Below, in pieces: positions 17,593 to 26,954 of a DNA stretch of 64,000 nucleotides. A program made the position numbers and the translations under genes. Origin of the DNA: a virus (lineage: Duplodnaviria; Caudoviricetes); IMG/VR virus record IMGVR_UViG_3300028833_003296, positions 15,736-79,735 of that record; one strand, written 5' to 3'. Position 1 is the first letter of the stretch. Every line of letters starts with the position of its first letter. The notes under the pieces are model-generated. The model was not told the origin of the DNA and ran no database searches. It saw only the letters and a program-made list of their open reading frames with translations.

Positions 17593-18487
17593 TGCTTTCC
17601 TCAGACGGAGACGTAGGCTGCTCTTCAGATGGCTCAAACACGATACCAAGGTCCAGGAGTGATGAGCGCATCTTGTCTGTCACCATATCGGCGGCAAGGA
17701 GGATGTTCACTCTTTCCTGCATACTCTCACGCAACTTGTTGGCTGCAGCGAATGCTTCAGCGGTACCTTCCTTGGCGGCAGCTGACACGAGCGAAGCCAA
17801 CTTTTCGGTGTTCTTGCTGATGTAGCTACGGGCGGAGAGGATGCTGCTGTTTGATTCGGTGTCTTTAGGGGATGCAGGTTCGGTAGGTGTTGCAGGTTTG
17901 GTAGGGGTGTTATCGAAGGCATCGTACTTCTCCATCTGCGACATGTAGCGTTTGTCCATCGACGCGAGAAGCTGCAGTTTGTCGTAGCGTTGGCACGACG
18001 GCAGGTCTTCCATCGACTTCAGTTCCTCGAATGTCGCCTTGATGTCCTTGTACAGTTTGCCGTTGTCTTCCCACAGCTGCTTGATTTCGTCGGGAAGTTG
18101 GTCGTGGTCTTGGCGACGGCCAAGGCGCAAAATGTTCGCTGGTTGCTCGGAGTCAACCGTTTCGGTACCATCCTCTGGCTGACCAGCGGAAAGAATCTTC
18201 TCTGCAGACGGAATCACTTCACGATCGAGACGGTTCACCTGTTCCAAGGTAAGGCCGTCGAGACGATACTTCAGGTGTATCTTCAATTCATACTCAATCT
18301 TTCCGACGATGCTTTTCGGTCGCTGTACCGCCAACTGGAGGTAACGGCGATAGGCCACGTTGCGCGGATTGATGCGGAAAAGGAGCTGTGCGCCATCGGC
18401 AATGTCATCATTCGACTTCTGCTCGATGTTCAGCCAGTCCTGAATCTGCTTCGTAAATTTGGGGTCTACTTTCATGTTTTCAATCAT
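17552..18487 (-). CDS. Conserved phage hypothetical protein
   Basis: About 311 aa. Start moved downstream of the terminator hairpin. Confidence 0.7.
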   Translation of the reverse strand: MIENMKVDPKFTKQIQDWLNIEQKSNDDIADGAQLLFRINPRNVAYRRYLQLAVQRPKSIVGKIEYELKIHLKYRLDGLTLEQVNRLDREVIPSAEKILSAGQPEDGTETVDSEQPANILRLGRRQDHDQLPDEIKQLWEDNGKLYKDIKATFEELKSMEDLPSCQRYDKLQLLASMDKRYMSQMEKYDAFDNTPTKPATPTEPASPKDTESNSSILSARSYISKNTEKLASLVSAAAKEGTAEAFAAANKLRESMQERVNILLAADMVTDKMRSSLLDLGIVFEPSEEQPTSPSEESNDQSDTAAAEASE

Positions 18488-18489
18488 TT

Positions 18490-18525
18490 TAAAAAGGGCA
18501 GGCATACGTTTAAGCAGCCTGCCCT
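18490..18525 (-). terminator. Intrinsic terminator after capsid/tail-tube genes
   Basis: GGGCAGGC..GCCTGCCC followed by a U-run on the minus strand. Confidence 0.65.
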
Positions 18526-18571
18526 CCAACCTAAAATATAAAATTATGACTATCTATCATTTTCCTGTTGC

Positions 18572-19180
18572 TCAGTTTCCTTGCTGTTGCGTCTTCAGCG
18601 TATCGGTTGCACCGTCGATGGTTCCACCTTCGGTGACGATATCGCCAGGATAGAAAGGAGTGGCTGCCATGTCTTCACAACTCACCTCGATGGTGGTAGT
18701 GTTGGCATCGTTGCTGCCCTTTCCCCATGCCTGAGACGGATTGACGGAGACGTTGAATGCTTCACTACCGAAGACGCGCACTTGACCGTCGCGCTGTGGA
18801 ACGAGGATGATCACGTCATCGTTGTTCAGTTCGGTAATCAATCCCGTTACCTTCTTGGCGGTACCGGGGAGAACGAGAGAGATGGAGTTGTTGAAGTGGA
18901 AACTTCCGTAGCTGCCCGCTTGCTCACTCTTTGGTTCGCTTTCGCTGGGAACGAGGTCAACCTTATGCCATTTGGCATCAGCTGCCAACCCGAAGTTGCC
19001 TTCATAGACGGCTACGTGGTCAAGGTCGGTGGCACCGTTGCGTGGCAATGTTGGCCAAGTTGCGATTTCCTTGCGGCGGATGAAATAGAAGTGGTCGCGC
19101 ACTCCAGGCAGGGAAACCTCGCCTGGGCAGAACTCCACGTCTTCGTAGAGGTTATTGGTATTGGTGCATGTAGTTGCCAT
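18572..19180 (-). CDS. Probable major tail (tube) protein
   Basis: 202 aa beta-rich protein directly after the capsid gene. Call is positional. Confidence 0.45.
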   Translation of the reverse strand: MATTCTNTNNLYEDVEFCPGEVSLPGVRDHFYFIRRKEIATWPTLPRNGATDLDHVAVYEGNFGLAADAKWHKVDLVPSESEPKSEQAGSYGSFHFNNSISLVLPGTAKKVTGLITELNNDDVIILVPQRDGQVRVFGSEAFNVSVNPSQAWGKGSNDANTTTIEVSCEDMAATPFYPGDIVTEGGTIDGATDTLKTQQQGN

Positions 19181-19215
19181 AGTTACATTCCTTGTCTAAT
19201 GTTATACATGTTACA

Positions 19216-20169
19216 TTACTGAGCGAGCTTCGCAACGAAGAGACGTTCCTTGCTGATTGACTCGAATTCGCAACCGAAGAAGGCTGTCATGATGAACTGC
19301 AGTACGAATGCGCTGTGCTTCTCAACGGCAACCGTTTCCTCCTCACCTGTCTGGTTGACACCAACAAGCATGTTCTGCTTGGTTGAGAGGTGAATGAATT
19401 GGGAGTTGGCCTTGTTGGACAATGCCACAATCTCACACTTGTTTTCAGAGCCTTCGAGGAAGGTTTGGTTAAACTCCTTGTTGTAGGCGATGGCACCAGT
19501 GGTGGCCTTGTAGTCGTCGTTGTAAGCATCGAGGATGCTGGGAGCAACGAAGAGTTTCGTCTTTCCATCAGTCAAGAGAGGATTAGCGGCACGATAGATG
19601 CTCTTCAGCACGTCAACGGCATTGTTTGCCGTGATTTCTTCAGTGAGCTGCAGGAAGTTTCCTTTTGCTGCAGCAATGTTGGTAGCTGCTATCTCGGTCG
19701 CCGTAATGGTGTCGAAACCGTTGAAGAGGTCAACCGTTCCCGTGCCGTTGGCATTGCGCACGGCATCCCACATGTGGCGATACAGTCCGTCACCAACTTT
19801 CTTGGCAATGAAGTTCAACACCTCACGGGCGATATCCACGTTCTTCAGGCCTTCGCCCTTGGTGATGGAATTGCCGTAGATGCTGCTGTAAACCTTGTTG
19901 GGAGAGAAGTTCTTCACCAAGCTACCGAAATAGGTATAGAGGGTACGACCTGCAATGGCGATGTCGCTGTCATCCACGCGAGTTTCGCTGTATGGTCCGA
20001 GTTCCGCAACGCCCGAAAGTTCTCCTACCGTCTCGCTGTAGCGAATGCCAGTGCGGAGAGAGACGTGCTGCAAGAACTTGCCAAGGGCGAAGACTGGCAT
20101 CATGAGTATCTCTTTGCGATACTTAGCTGCACTCGTTGAGAGTGCCTGGGGAGTGATGTTTACGTTCAT
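19216..20169 (-). CDS. Major capsid protein
   Basis: 317 aa immediately after the Clp-type protease. Confidence 0.75.
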   Translation of the reverse strand: MNVNITPQALSTSAAKYRKEILMMPVFALGKFLQHVSLRTGIRYSETVGELSGVAELGPYSETRVDDSDIAIAGRTLYTYFGSLVKNFSPNKVYSSIYGNSITKGEGLKNVDIAREVLNFIAKKVGDGLYRHMWDAVRNANGTGTVDLFNGFDTITATEIAATNIAAAKGNFLQLTEEITANNAVDVLKSIYRAANPLLTDGKTKLFVAPSILDAYNDDYKATTGAIAYNKEFNQTFLEGSENKCEIVALSNKANSQFIHLSTKQNMLVGVNQTGEEETVAVEKHSAFVLQFIMTAFFGCEFESISKERLFVAKLAQ

Positions 20170-20174
20170 AGTTC

Positions 20175-21254
20175 TTAGAGATTCTTAATTCTGTTGAAAC
20201 TTTTACGAGCTTCCTCCAGGAAGTCGTATTCTTCATGCTCTTCACTGCCAGACGGCTTGCCATCGGTATTGTCGCCAGGAGCACCCTTCAGGTTCTTGAT
20301 GGTCTCGTTGGCCGTAGCGAGGTCATCCTGTGCCTTCTTGAGCTTTGCGTTGGCATCGTCGAGTTTCTTCTGCAAGGCATCCTTTGCCTCGCGCTCATCC
20401 TTTACCTCCTGCTCAAGTGCGCCCAATCGGTCATCGATGGTCTTCATCTGGTCTTGAGTCAACGAGATGCTGCCATCGTCGTTGGGCTTAAAACCGTCGG
20501 TAACGGCAAGGAGTGCCATTACGCTCATAAAGATTTTGATCATTGGTTTATCGTTTACTGCGGGGTCGTTATGGAACATGGACTTAATCGCATCCACCGA
20601 CTTTCGGAAAAGCGACTTAGTTGGATCTGCGCCTTCCACGGGGACAGGCGGGAGTCCGTACTCCTTGAATATGTTATTTGAAAAGTTTCGCGCGTTCTTC
20701 TTGATGCTTTCATCGTCACGGATGGAGTCGATGAGTCCGAAGTCGAGTGCGTCCTGAGGACTGAGCCACGCTGCCGTGTCCATTTTCTTCATGCACTCTT
20801 CCATGGTCTTTCCCGACTTCTTGGCATAGAGCGACGCAATCACCTTGTCAATGGTGTCGAGGTCGTTGCGTTCCTTCTTGTATTTCTCGATGATGCGGTC
20901 AAGTTCTTGCTTGTTGGCACTCTGCCACTCCATCACTGCCGTACTGCAATTATGGATGAGCATCAGCGAACCGTCAACCATATCCACCGTCATGGCTCCC
21001 ATGGTGAGGAAGGTTGCAGCCGATGCCGTCATGCCCAGGATGTGCATGTGCACCTTGCCGTGGTCCCTTACGAGCTGGTAAATCTCCAAGCCTGCATCGA
21101 CGTAGCCGCCAGGACTGCTCACTGCAACGTGCACCTCTTCGTCCTTGTGGGCAGAGAGGAAGTCGCGCACGTCCTTGACGGTGGTACCGCGTTGGCCGGT
21201 CCACCAGTCATAACCCATGCCAATTGTGCCTGTTATTACGAATTGATATTCCAT
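20175..21254 (-). CDS. ClpP-type head maturation protease with scaffold-like tail
   Basis: VSSPGGYV, GMTASAATF, LMLIHN motifs. Coiled-coil C-terminus. Confidence 0.9.
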   Translation of the reverse strand: MEYQFVITGTIGMGYDWWTGQRGTTVKDVRDFLSAHKDEEVHVAVSSPGGYVDAGLEIYQLVRDHGKVHMHILGMTASAATFLTMGAMTVDMVDGSLMLIHNCSTAVMEWQSANKQELDRIIEKYKKERNDLDTIDKVIASLYAKKSGKTMEECMKKMDTAAWLSPQDALDFGLIDSIRDDESIKKNARNFSNNIFKEYGLPPVPVEGADPTKSLFRKSVDAIKSMFHNDPAVNDKPMIKIFMSVMALLAVTDGFKPNDDGSISLTQDQMKTIDDRLGALEQEVKDEREAKDALQKKLDDANAKLKKAQDDLATANETIKNLKGAPGDNTDGKPSGSEEHEEYDFLEEARKSFNRIKNL

Positions 21255-21281
21255 GTGCGACTAAGAAATATTGATTTATTG

Positions 21282-21316
21282 CAAAGGTAAACGAGGAAAT
21301 TTTTTGCTAAAACTAC
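21282..21316 (-). promoter_or_regulatory. Prophage A late-type promoter GTAGTTT-N20-TACCTTTG
   Basis: Motif and spacing counted directly, upstream of the protease gene. Confidence 0.55.
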
Positions 21317-21732
21317 ACGAAACCCTTGATTATAGGGCATATTTGCGGTGAAGAATAGGCAACTGACACCTCCGTCAACTGCGATTCTGAAGAATCTTTC
21401 GGGTGTACGCGCTGCTGGGTGACGATGGGATAAGGCCGTTCGTCGGTACCGATGAGATAGTAAACGCCGTCGATGGATCGACAGAGAAACACCAGACGGT
21501 CAGGGTTGGGCATCCACTCCACACAGGTTTGAAACGTGAGTTTGGCGGAGTAAATGCGGTTTCCGTTCTCGATTTTGTCGGAAATCACAAGTTGTGCGGG
21601 TCGTTTGATGTGCTCCACGGGCGTAAAGGTGACATCCTTGCTAATCACGGCCTCGGTCTCGCTCGTGCGACGGAAGCCTGTAATGAGTTGCGAGGGAACG
21701 GATGAGATGGAAATGATGTTGTTGAGTATCAT
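21313..21732 (-). CDS. Conserved phage hypothetical protein
   Basis: About 139 aa from MILNNI. Confidence 0.65.
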   Translation of the reverse strand: MILNNIISISSVPSQLITGFRRTSETEAVISKDVTFTPVEHIKRPAQLVISDKIENGNRIYSAKLTFQTCVEWMPNPDRLVFLCRSIDGVYYLIGTDERPYPIVTQQRVHPKDSSESQLTEVSVAYSSPQICPIIKGFV

Positions 21733-21828
21733 GCTTGCAAATGTTTTGTTTTGTTCGGAAATGTTCGGGGTTGTTTGGCACTGCCAAAATATCAATATCT
21801 TATCCTTTCTTTTTTATGTTAAAAGAAT

Positions 21829-22311
21829 TTAATCGCCTTTTCTGTTGCGACTTTTTTTTCTGAGGTCGATTCCTCGGCTGGTATAATTGTCGCGCATTCG
21901 ATAGTAACGTTGCCTGATGGTGTCTGCATAGTCGATGCTGATGCCGTGCTTCTCGCACCAGGCATAAATGGCGGTCATGGTCTTACAACCCAAGGCCGAC
22001 ATGTCTCCAAGTTCCACCCATAGGTTTCTGTTGAACAAAAGCTCGCAACATTCCACGACGGCATTCTTGCCACGTGGCGAAAGGTAGTTGTAATTGGCAG
22101 CGGGTTTGGTTTTGCTGTCGGGAATGCGGATGGCCGTCAAGTCGTCGGCGGCTACGTCGGGTTGCTTGCCTGCTGGCAGACGGTCGATGAAACAGTGAAT
22201 GGTACCGTTCTCCACGCTCTGTGGCGGAAACTCAACAGGGTTGCCCAACGAATGCTGTAGAAACTGGCTGACGAAGGGCTGCAGCTTTACATAGATACAA
22301 AATTGGCTCAT
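21829..22311 (-). CDS. Conserved phage protein, candidate late regulator
   Basis: About 160 aa between origin and head operon, with a basic helical C-terminus. Regulatory role is inferred. Confidence 0.55.
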   Translation of the reverse strand: MSQFCIYVKLQPFVSQFLQHSLGNPVEFPPQSVENGTIHCFIDRLPAGKQPDVAADDLTAIRIPDSKTKPAANYNYLSPRGKNAVVECCELLFNRNLWVELGDMSALGCKTMTAIYAWCEKHGISIDYADTIRQRYYRMRDNYTSRGIDLRKKSRNRKGD

Positions 22312-22439
22312 AATCAAGATGTTTAGATGCTGCAAAGATAGCAAGTTTACGGCACTTTTCCAAAGATAACGGGAAAATTTCATCATATACATGGAAATTA
22401 TCTCTCATATTTCCCTCAAAATTTCTCTCGCACGTGTAT

Positions 22440-22670
22440 ATATATTTGATGTAGCATTTGTAGCATTGTAGCATCAAATACTAATTGATTGATAATCAAA
22501 ATGTTATGTTTTATACTGATGTTACAATATACTCAAAAGTGCTGCTACATTGCTACAAACTGGGTGTTTTCGCGTCTCGATGCTACAAAATGCTACAATC
22601 GTGCTACAATCATTTACAGAGTTAAACGCTTGATTATCAACGATGCACAAAATGCTACAGATGTTACATT
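22440..22670. other. Putative replication origin with TGCTACA/TGTAGCA iterons
   Basis: Three TGTAGCA, six TGCTACA and two TGTTACA copies plus TTGATAATCAA/TTGATTATCAA palindromes, just downstream of the primase-helicase. Confidence 0.65.
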
Positions 22671-22773
22671 CGGTTTTTGCGTATTATCATCAATTCTTTT
22701 CGCTTAGAGACGAAAAAAGGCGTCCGACTGGAGCCGAACGCCACTAACGACGAATTGAACAAATAGCGGTAAT

Positions 22774-25700
22774 TTAGTAAGGTGCCGCTTCCTTTTCTGG
22801 TGGTGGAAATGGTAAATCCTCCTCTTTCCTCTCTTCCCTGGCATCTGCCACGTCTTCCATGTCGGGCAAATCGCCTGTATAACTATCAAGATTGATGCCA
22901 AACTTGTCGCTGATCATCTTGTAGTCGAAACATAGCGGGCGGTCTTGATGCCAAATGGTCTTATAGCCTATCACCTTGTCACCGTCCATCATTTGTTCCA
23001 GTATTGCCTGCCCATTGGTGTTGAACTTCTTGAATCTTTCCGGATTAGAGGCGGTACCAAGGTATTCTGGTGATATCTGCAAATAGTGAAGGATTGACTC
23101 TGAGGGCAACAGTCGTTCGTCCATCTGTCTTCCAAGCTGCCTGTAGGTGGCCAACATGATGTTCTTTCTTATCATCAGGATTTGGCGGGGTGCCTCGAAG
23201 TGGAACGCGTCTTTGCTCTTGTTGGTCTTCAGGCTGTCCTTGGTCTTGATGATATAGTCTTGTCCATACATGAAACTGCCTTTTTGCTGGGCACTGCTGA
23301 TGATGTTCCAGAAGCCCGACACTTCATCGGTGGAAGCGCACATCTCATTCTGCCTGACGATGCCGTTCACGCAGATAGTGAGCAGGTCTTCGTATGCGAA
23401 CGGAAAGTCCAACACTCCCTGCAGGGCAAGATAGGCAGAGAGGGGTATAAGCCAGTTGCGCTCGATGCGGTCCATAATCTCGCGTCCCTTCAACCTGAAT
23501 TCAACGTCTGCCTCTGCTTTCTTCCATGCTCCGCCAAACGATGCCTCGAACTTCTCGCGGTGCTTCAGTATGTCGAGCGTGATATGTGTGGCTCCCATCA
23601 GGCGGTAATGCAGCAGTTCAGTGAATCGGTTTCTCTCCTCCTGGGTGTGGTGCTGCTTGTCATAGGTGAGGTAGATAAGCCGGGTAAACAGGGCGATATC
23701 TGCCGTCGGCATTTCCTGACCTGTGATGATCACGCCTGAATCCACGCGAGCTTGCTCACGCTTCTTGTCCTTGTCCATGTTCATCCTACTTCTACCGATG
23801 CCTCCCCACAGGTCTTTCAGCCATTCAATCTTCTTGATGTCAATGCCGTTCTTGTACTCGTCCAGGTGTATGAGCGCATTGCTCACGCTGGCCACTGCAT
23901 CGGCCAATGCCGGTACCGATGCCGTTTCGATGTTCTGCGGCTCGTTGTCGGTCATGAAAAATGTCATCAACGTCTCTGCCAGTTCGGTCTTTCCCGAACC
24001 TTTTGGACCGAAGATGTTCAGCAACGGGAAGAATCTCGCCTTGGGCTTTACGATATCCCTGAACAAAGTAGCAAGGTAGAACGACAATCCCACCTTCGCA
24101 TTGTCGCCGAACACTTCTACAATCTTGCTGAAGTATTCGCGTAGGGTGAAGTTGGAATAGTTCTGGTGACGGAACTTTCTTTCGTTGGTAAACAGTTCGG
24201 TGGAGTCCTTATAGAGTTGGCTCATGGCGGGCAGGTAGTATTTGCCAGCCTTCAGGCGAACGATGCCCATGTTGTCGATGGGCTGCCATTGGCCGTCTTC
24301 CTGCGCTCCGTTGCAGAAGCAGAAGAAGCCTTGCTTTTGCCAACCAAGTTGCTTTATCTCTACGGCGGTCTCTGTCACCTTGGCCAAGTATCTTTGCAAC
24401 TGTATCAGCGGTTCCTCGCTTGCCAACCACGTGTAGTTACCGATGCCGAGCAGTTTCTTGCGGAGTGCCTTGGCGGAGGTGAATACCTCCATGTCGAGTT
24501 CAATGATTTCCTTCTTGTCTTCTGGATCGTCGTTGTTAATCTCGAACAAGCGCACTGGGCGTATGTCGTCCTTGATGTGAAAGAGCGGTTTCAAGGTGAA
24601 GTTCGACCATTGTATTTCGGCACCCTCCTTGTTGGTACCATAATAGCAATGGTGTTTCTCGATGAATCCAAACTGCCTGAGCATGTCGATATCGCCACTC
24701 TTGTTGCGTCGGCTCTGCTCTTCCATGCGCCTGCGCTTGGCTGCCTTGAATGCGTTCTGCCACTCGTCCTTGTGGCCGTAGGTGCCCGATAGCTTGGTGA
24801 TGTATGCCTTCTGGATGTTCTCGTCGGTAATGAAGACTATCAGGTCGCATATCTTGTTAATCAGCGACAGGCGGTCCTCGGTGGTGGCTCCGTCATCCCA
24901 CTCCTTGCGGGCATACCATACCAAGAATTCCTCTTCTCCCATGGTGGAGAACTTGACGGTGTCGGTGATGTAGCTGTCGGGGTCCAACTTCTTTCCCGTC
25001 TCGTTGGGTATCTCGCGCACACTGACGGTAAAGCCTTGCCTTACTGCCAACGAACCGTTCTTGATGACGTTCTTGTCACCAGCTCCCATCTTCTCCCCTG
25101 CCTTGGGCACGTCGGAGTCGGGAATGAAACAAAGCGTGGCATTGAATCGCCTGAGCATGTCCAATTGGCTCTCAGTCCATGCACCGCCGAGCGACGCAAC
25201 GGTGTTGAGAATGCCGATGCTCTGCAACTTCATCACGTCGGGACCGCCTTCCACCAAGTATAGCTTTTCCTCCTGGCGTGCCTTGCGTGCGGCGGTGTCG
25301 ATACCGAAAACGGATTTGTCCTTGTGGTAAATCTCGCTTTCGCTGGAGTTCATGTACTTGCGGTCTTCATGCTCCGACAATGTGCGGGCCGTCCATCCCG
25401 TGATGCGCGAATAGCGGTCGCGGATGGGAATCATCAGCCTGTTGCGGTAGAACGAGTAGAGCTTGCCCGTCTTCTCGCTCTTGCGGAGCACGCCCATCTC
25501 TTCGAGTATCTCCAACTGCAATGCCTTGCCGTCGCACCAGCTGGTGAGGTCGTCCCATGAGTCGGGCGCAAAACCGATGCGCATCTCCTTGCAGTATTCC
25601 TTGTCCCAACGGCTCAACATGTAGCCCTTGGCTGCCTTGGCTTCAGGCGTGTCGGCCTGCAGGCACTCCTCGAAGTACTGACAGAGGTAGTCGTTGTAGA

Positions 25701-26061
25701 TAAACATGGTCTCACGTCGCTTCTGCGCTTCCTCCTCCTCTGGCGTAGCCTGGTAGTCGGTCTCCTTCAGGTCGATGTGCAATTCATCCTTCAGCAGCTT
25801 CTTCACCGCCAACGGGAACGGGAGGTTTTCGGCCTTCATCACGAAGCCGATGACGTTGCCTCCCTCGTTGCAATTGCCGAAACAATGCCAAGTGCCCTTG
25901 GATGGCTGCACACAGAAACTCGGTGTCTTCTCCTCGTGGAACGGGCAACACGCCCAGAGGCGGCCACCCTTCTTATGAAACTGACCGCCGATGTAATTAG
26001 ACACCACGTCTTCGATGTCTATACGGTCGAGAATCATGTCAATGTACTTTTGTTCAATCAT
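22774..26061 (-). CDS. DNA primase-helicase (CHC2 zinc finger, Toprim, P-loop)
   Basis: CCPFHEEKTPSF..WHCFGNC, LVEGGPDV, FIPDSD, GPKGSGKT motifs. 1095 aa. Confidence 0.92.
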   Translation of the reverse strand: MIEQKYIDMILDRIDIEDVVSNYIGGQFHKKGGRLWACCPFHEEKTPSFCVQPSKGTWHCFGNCNEGGNVIGFVMKAENLPFPLAVKKLLKDELHIDLKETDYQATPEEEEAQKRRETMFIYNDYLCQYFEECLQADTPEAKAAKGYMLSRWDKEYCKEMRIGFAPDSWDDLTSWCDGKALQLEILEEMGVLRKSEKTGKLYSFYRNRLMIPIRDRYSRITGWTARTLSEHEDRKYMNSSESEIYHKDKSVFGIDTAARKARQEEKLYLVEGGPDVMKLQSIGILNTVASLGGAWTESQLDMLRRFNATLCFIPDSDVPKAGEKMGAGDKNVIKNGSLAVRQGFTVSVREIPNETGKKLDPDSYITDTVKFSTMGEEEFLVWYARKEWDDGATTEDRLSLINKICDLIVFITDENIQKAYITKLSGTYGHKDEWQNAFKAAKRRRMEEQSRRNKSGDIDMLRQFGFIEKHHCYYGTNKEGAEIQWSNFTLKPLFHIKDDIRPVRLFEINNDDPEDKKEIIELDMEVFTSAKALRKKLLGIGNYTWLASEEPLIQLQRYLAKVTETAVEIKQLGWQKQGFFCFCNGAQEDGQWQPIDNMGIVRLKAGKYYLPAMSQLYKDSTELFTNERKFRHQNYSNFTLREYFSKIVEVFGDNAKVGLSFYLATLFRDIVKPKARFFPLLNIFGPKGSGKTELAETLMTFFMTDNEPQNIETASVPALADAVASVSNALIHLDEYKNGIDIKKIEWLKDLWGGIGRSRMNMDKDKKREQARVDSGVIITGQEMPTADIALFTRLIYLTYDKQHHTQEERNRFTELLHYRLMGATHITLDILKHREKFEASFGGAWKKAEADVEFRLKGREIMDRIERNWLIPLSAYLALQGVLDFPFAYEDLLTICVNGIVRQNEMCASTDEVSGFWNIISSAQQKGSFMYGQDYIIKTKDSLKTNKSKDAFHFEAPRQILMIRKNIMLATYRQLGRQMDERLLPSESILHYLQISPEYLGTASNPERFKKFNTNGQAILEQMMDGDKVIGYKTIWHQDRPLCFDYKMISDKFGINLDSYTGDLPDMEDVADAREERKEEDLPFPPPEKEAAPY

Positions 26062-26120
26062 CGTCTTTTAATTTCTTGGTGCAAATATAGAAACATGTCC
26101 TTTTTTCCGAAAAATACCGT

Positions 26121-26190
26121 TTAACAAATTTTTTGGCTATATCTTTGGCGATTATATATACAATTTTCGGCAAAGATATATGCAATAATC
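26121..26190. repeat. Palindromic element, copy 2 of 3
   Basis: 70 bp identical to 14718-14787. Confidence 0.9.
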
Positions 26191-26320
26191 CGGAAAGATT
26201 GGATATGCTGTTTCACCGTTCTCACTCTCGCTTGACTATCTGCATTTTCCTGATTGCAGGCACACGTGATTTCTTTCGCAAAAAAAAATTGCGAAACAAG
26301 TAAAAATATATTTGATTTTG

Positions 26321-26352
26321 TTTGCGTATTTCAAATGGTTTTCGTACCTTTG
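26321..26352 (+). promoter_or_regulatory. Canonical Bacteroidetes promoter TTTG-N20-TACCTTTG
   Basis: Exact consensus, about 75 nt upstream of the 20-aa ORF. Confidence 0.7.
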
Positions 26353-26404
26353 TATTGTCAATGAGAGACAAGCAGAGGAATCCGAAAATCTTGAAAAGAG
26401 TAGG

Positions 26405-26528
26405 AAAAACGAAAACCCGAAAGCCTTATGGAAGCCACAATTTTCATTAGGATTTGGAAATTCAAAATCAAACTCAAAGTTTGGATTTGAGAACCAAAGG
26501 GAGGGGAAACCCTCCCACCTTCGGGTTT
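26405..26528 (-). ncRNA. Candidate antisense antitoxin RNA (about 125 nt)
   Basis: Promoter TTTG-N19-TATCTTTG at 26535-26565 on the minus strand. The transcript covers the peptide ORF, its ends pair (GAAAACCCGAA / UUCGGGUUUUC) and it ends in a U-run. Confidence 0.5.
26428..26490 (+). CDS. 20-aa cationic amphipathic peptide, candidate type I toxin (not in ORF track)
   Basis: MEATIFIRIWKFKIKLKVWI*. Has its own promoter, 5'/3' UTR complementarity and a convergent antisense promoter. Confidence 0.6.
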   Translation: MEATIFIRIWKFKIKLKVWI

Positions 26529-26577
26529 TCGATGCAAAGATAGTCATATTTTTACTAACAACAAAATTTTTAACGCT

Positions 26578-26784
26578 ATGGAATTTCACGCTGAAATCGA
26601 AATGCCAGAAAAGAAATCTGGAAGAGGTGGCGCACGCGAAGGTGCGGGACGCAAACGCAAGGGAGTGCATTACTATGGATTCAGGGCAACCCAAGAGGTG
26701 CACGACATCCTCTCGAAAGTAAATGGCTCCAAAGCCGACTTTATCAACCAGTGCATCATTAAGGCTGTTGGCAACGGTGAATAA
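26578..26784 (+). CDS. Small DNA-binding protein (GGAREGAGRK motif, ribbon-helix-helix-like)
   Basis: SGRGGAREGAGRKRK followed by YGFRATQEVHDIL..SKADFINQCIIKAV. Confidence 0.7.
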   Translation: MEFHAEIEMPEKKSGRGGAREGAGRKRKGVHYYGFRATQEVHDILSKVNGSKADFINQCIIKAVGNGE

Positions 26785-26954
26785 ATACACGGGAATAGTT
26801 TGTTTGTATATAATATCATTAGCCATCTTGTACACCTTTCCTCTTGAACGTTCAAGGTTCTCAACCCTCCCTGTGCCAAGGTCTTGTTGTTTTTTATCTT
26901 GCAAGGTTCGCTTTTTGAGAACCTCTTGCACCAAGACCAAGGCACTTTTTTCGG

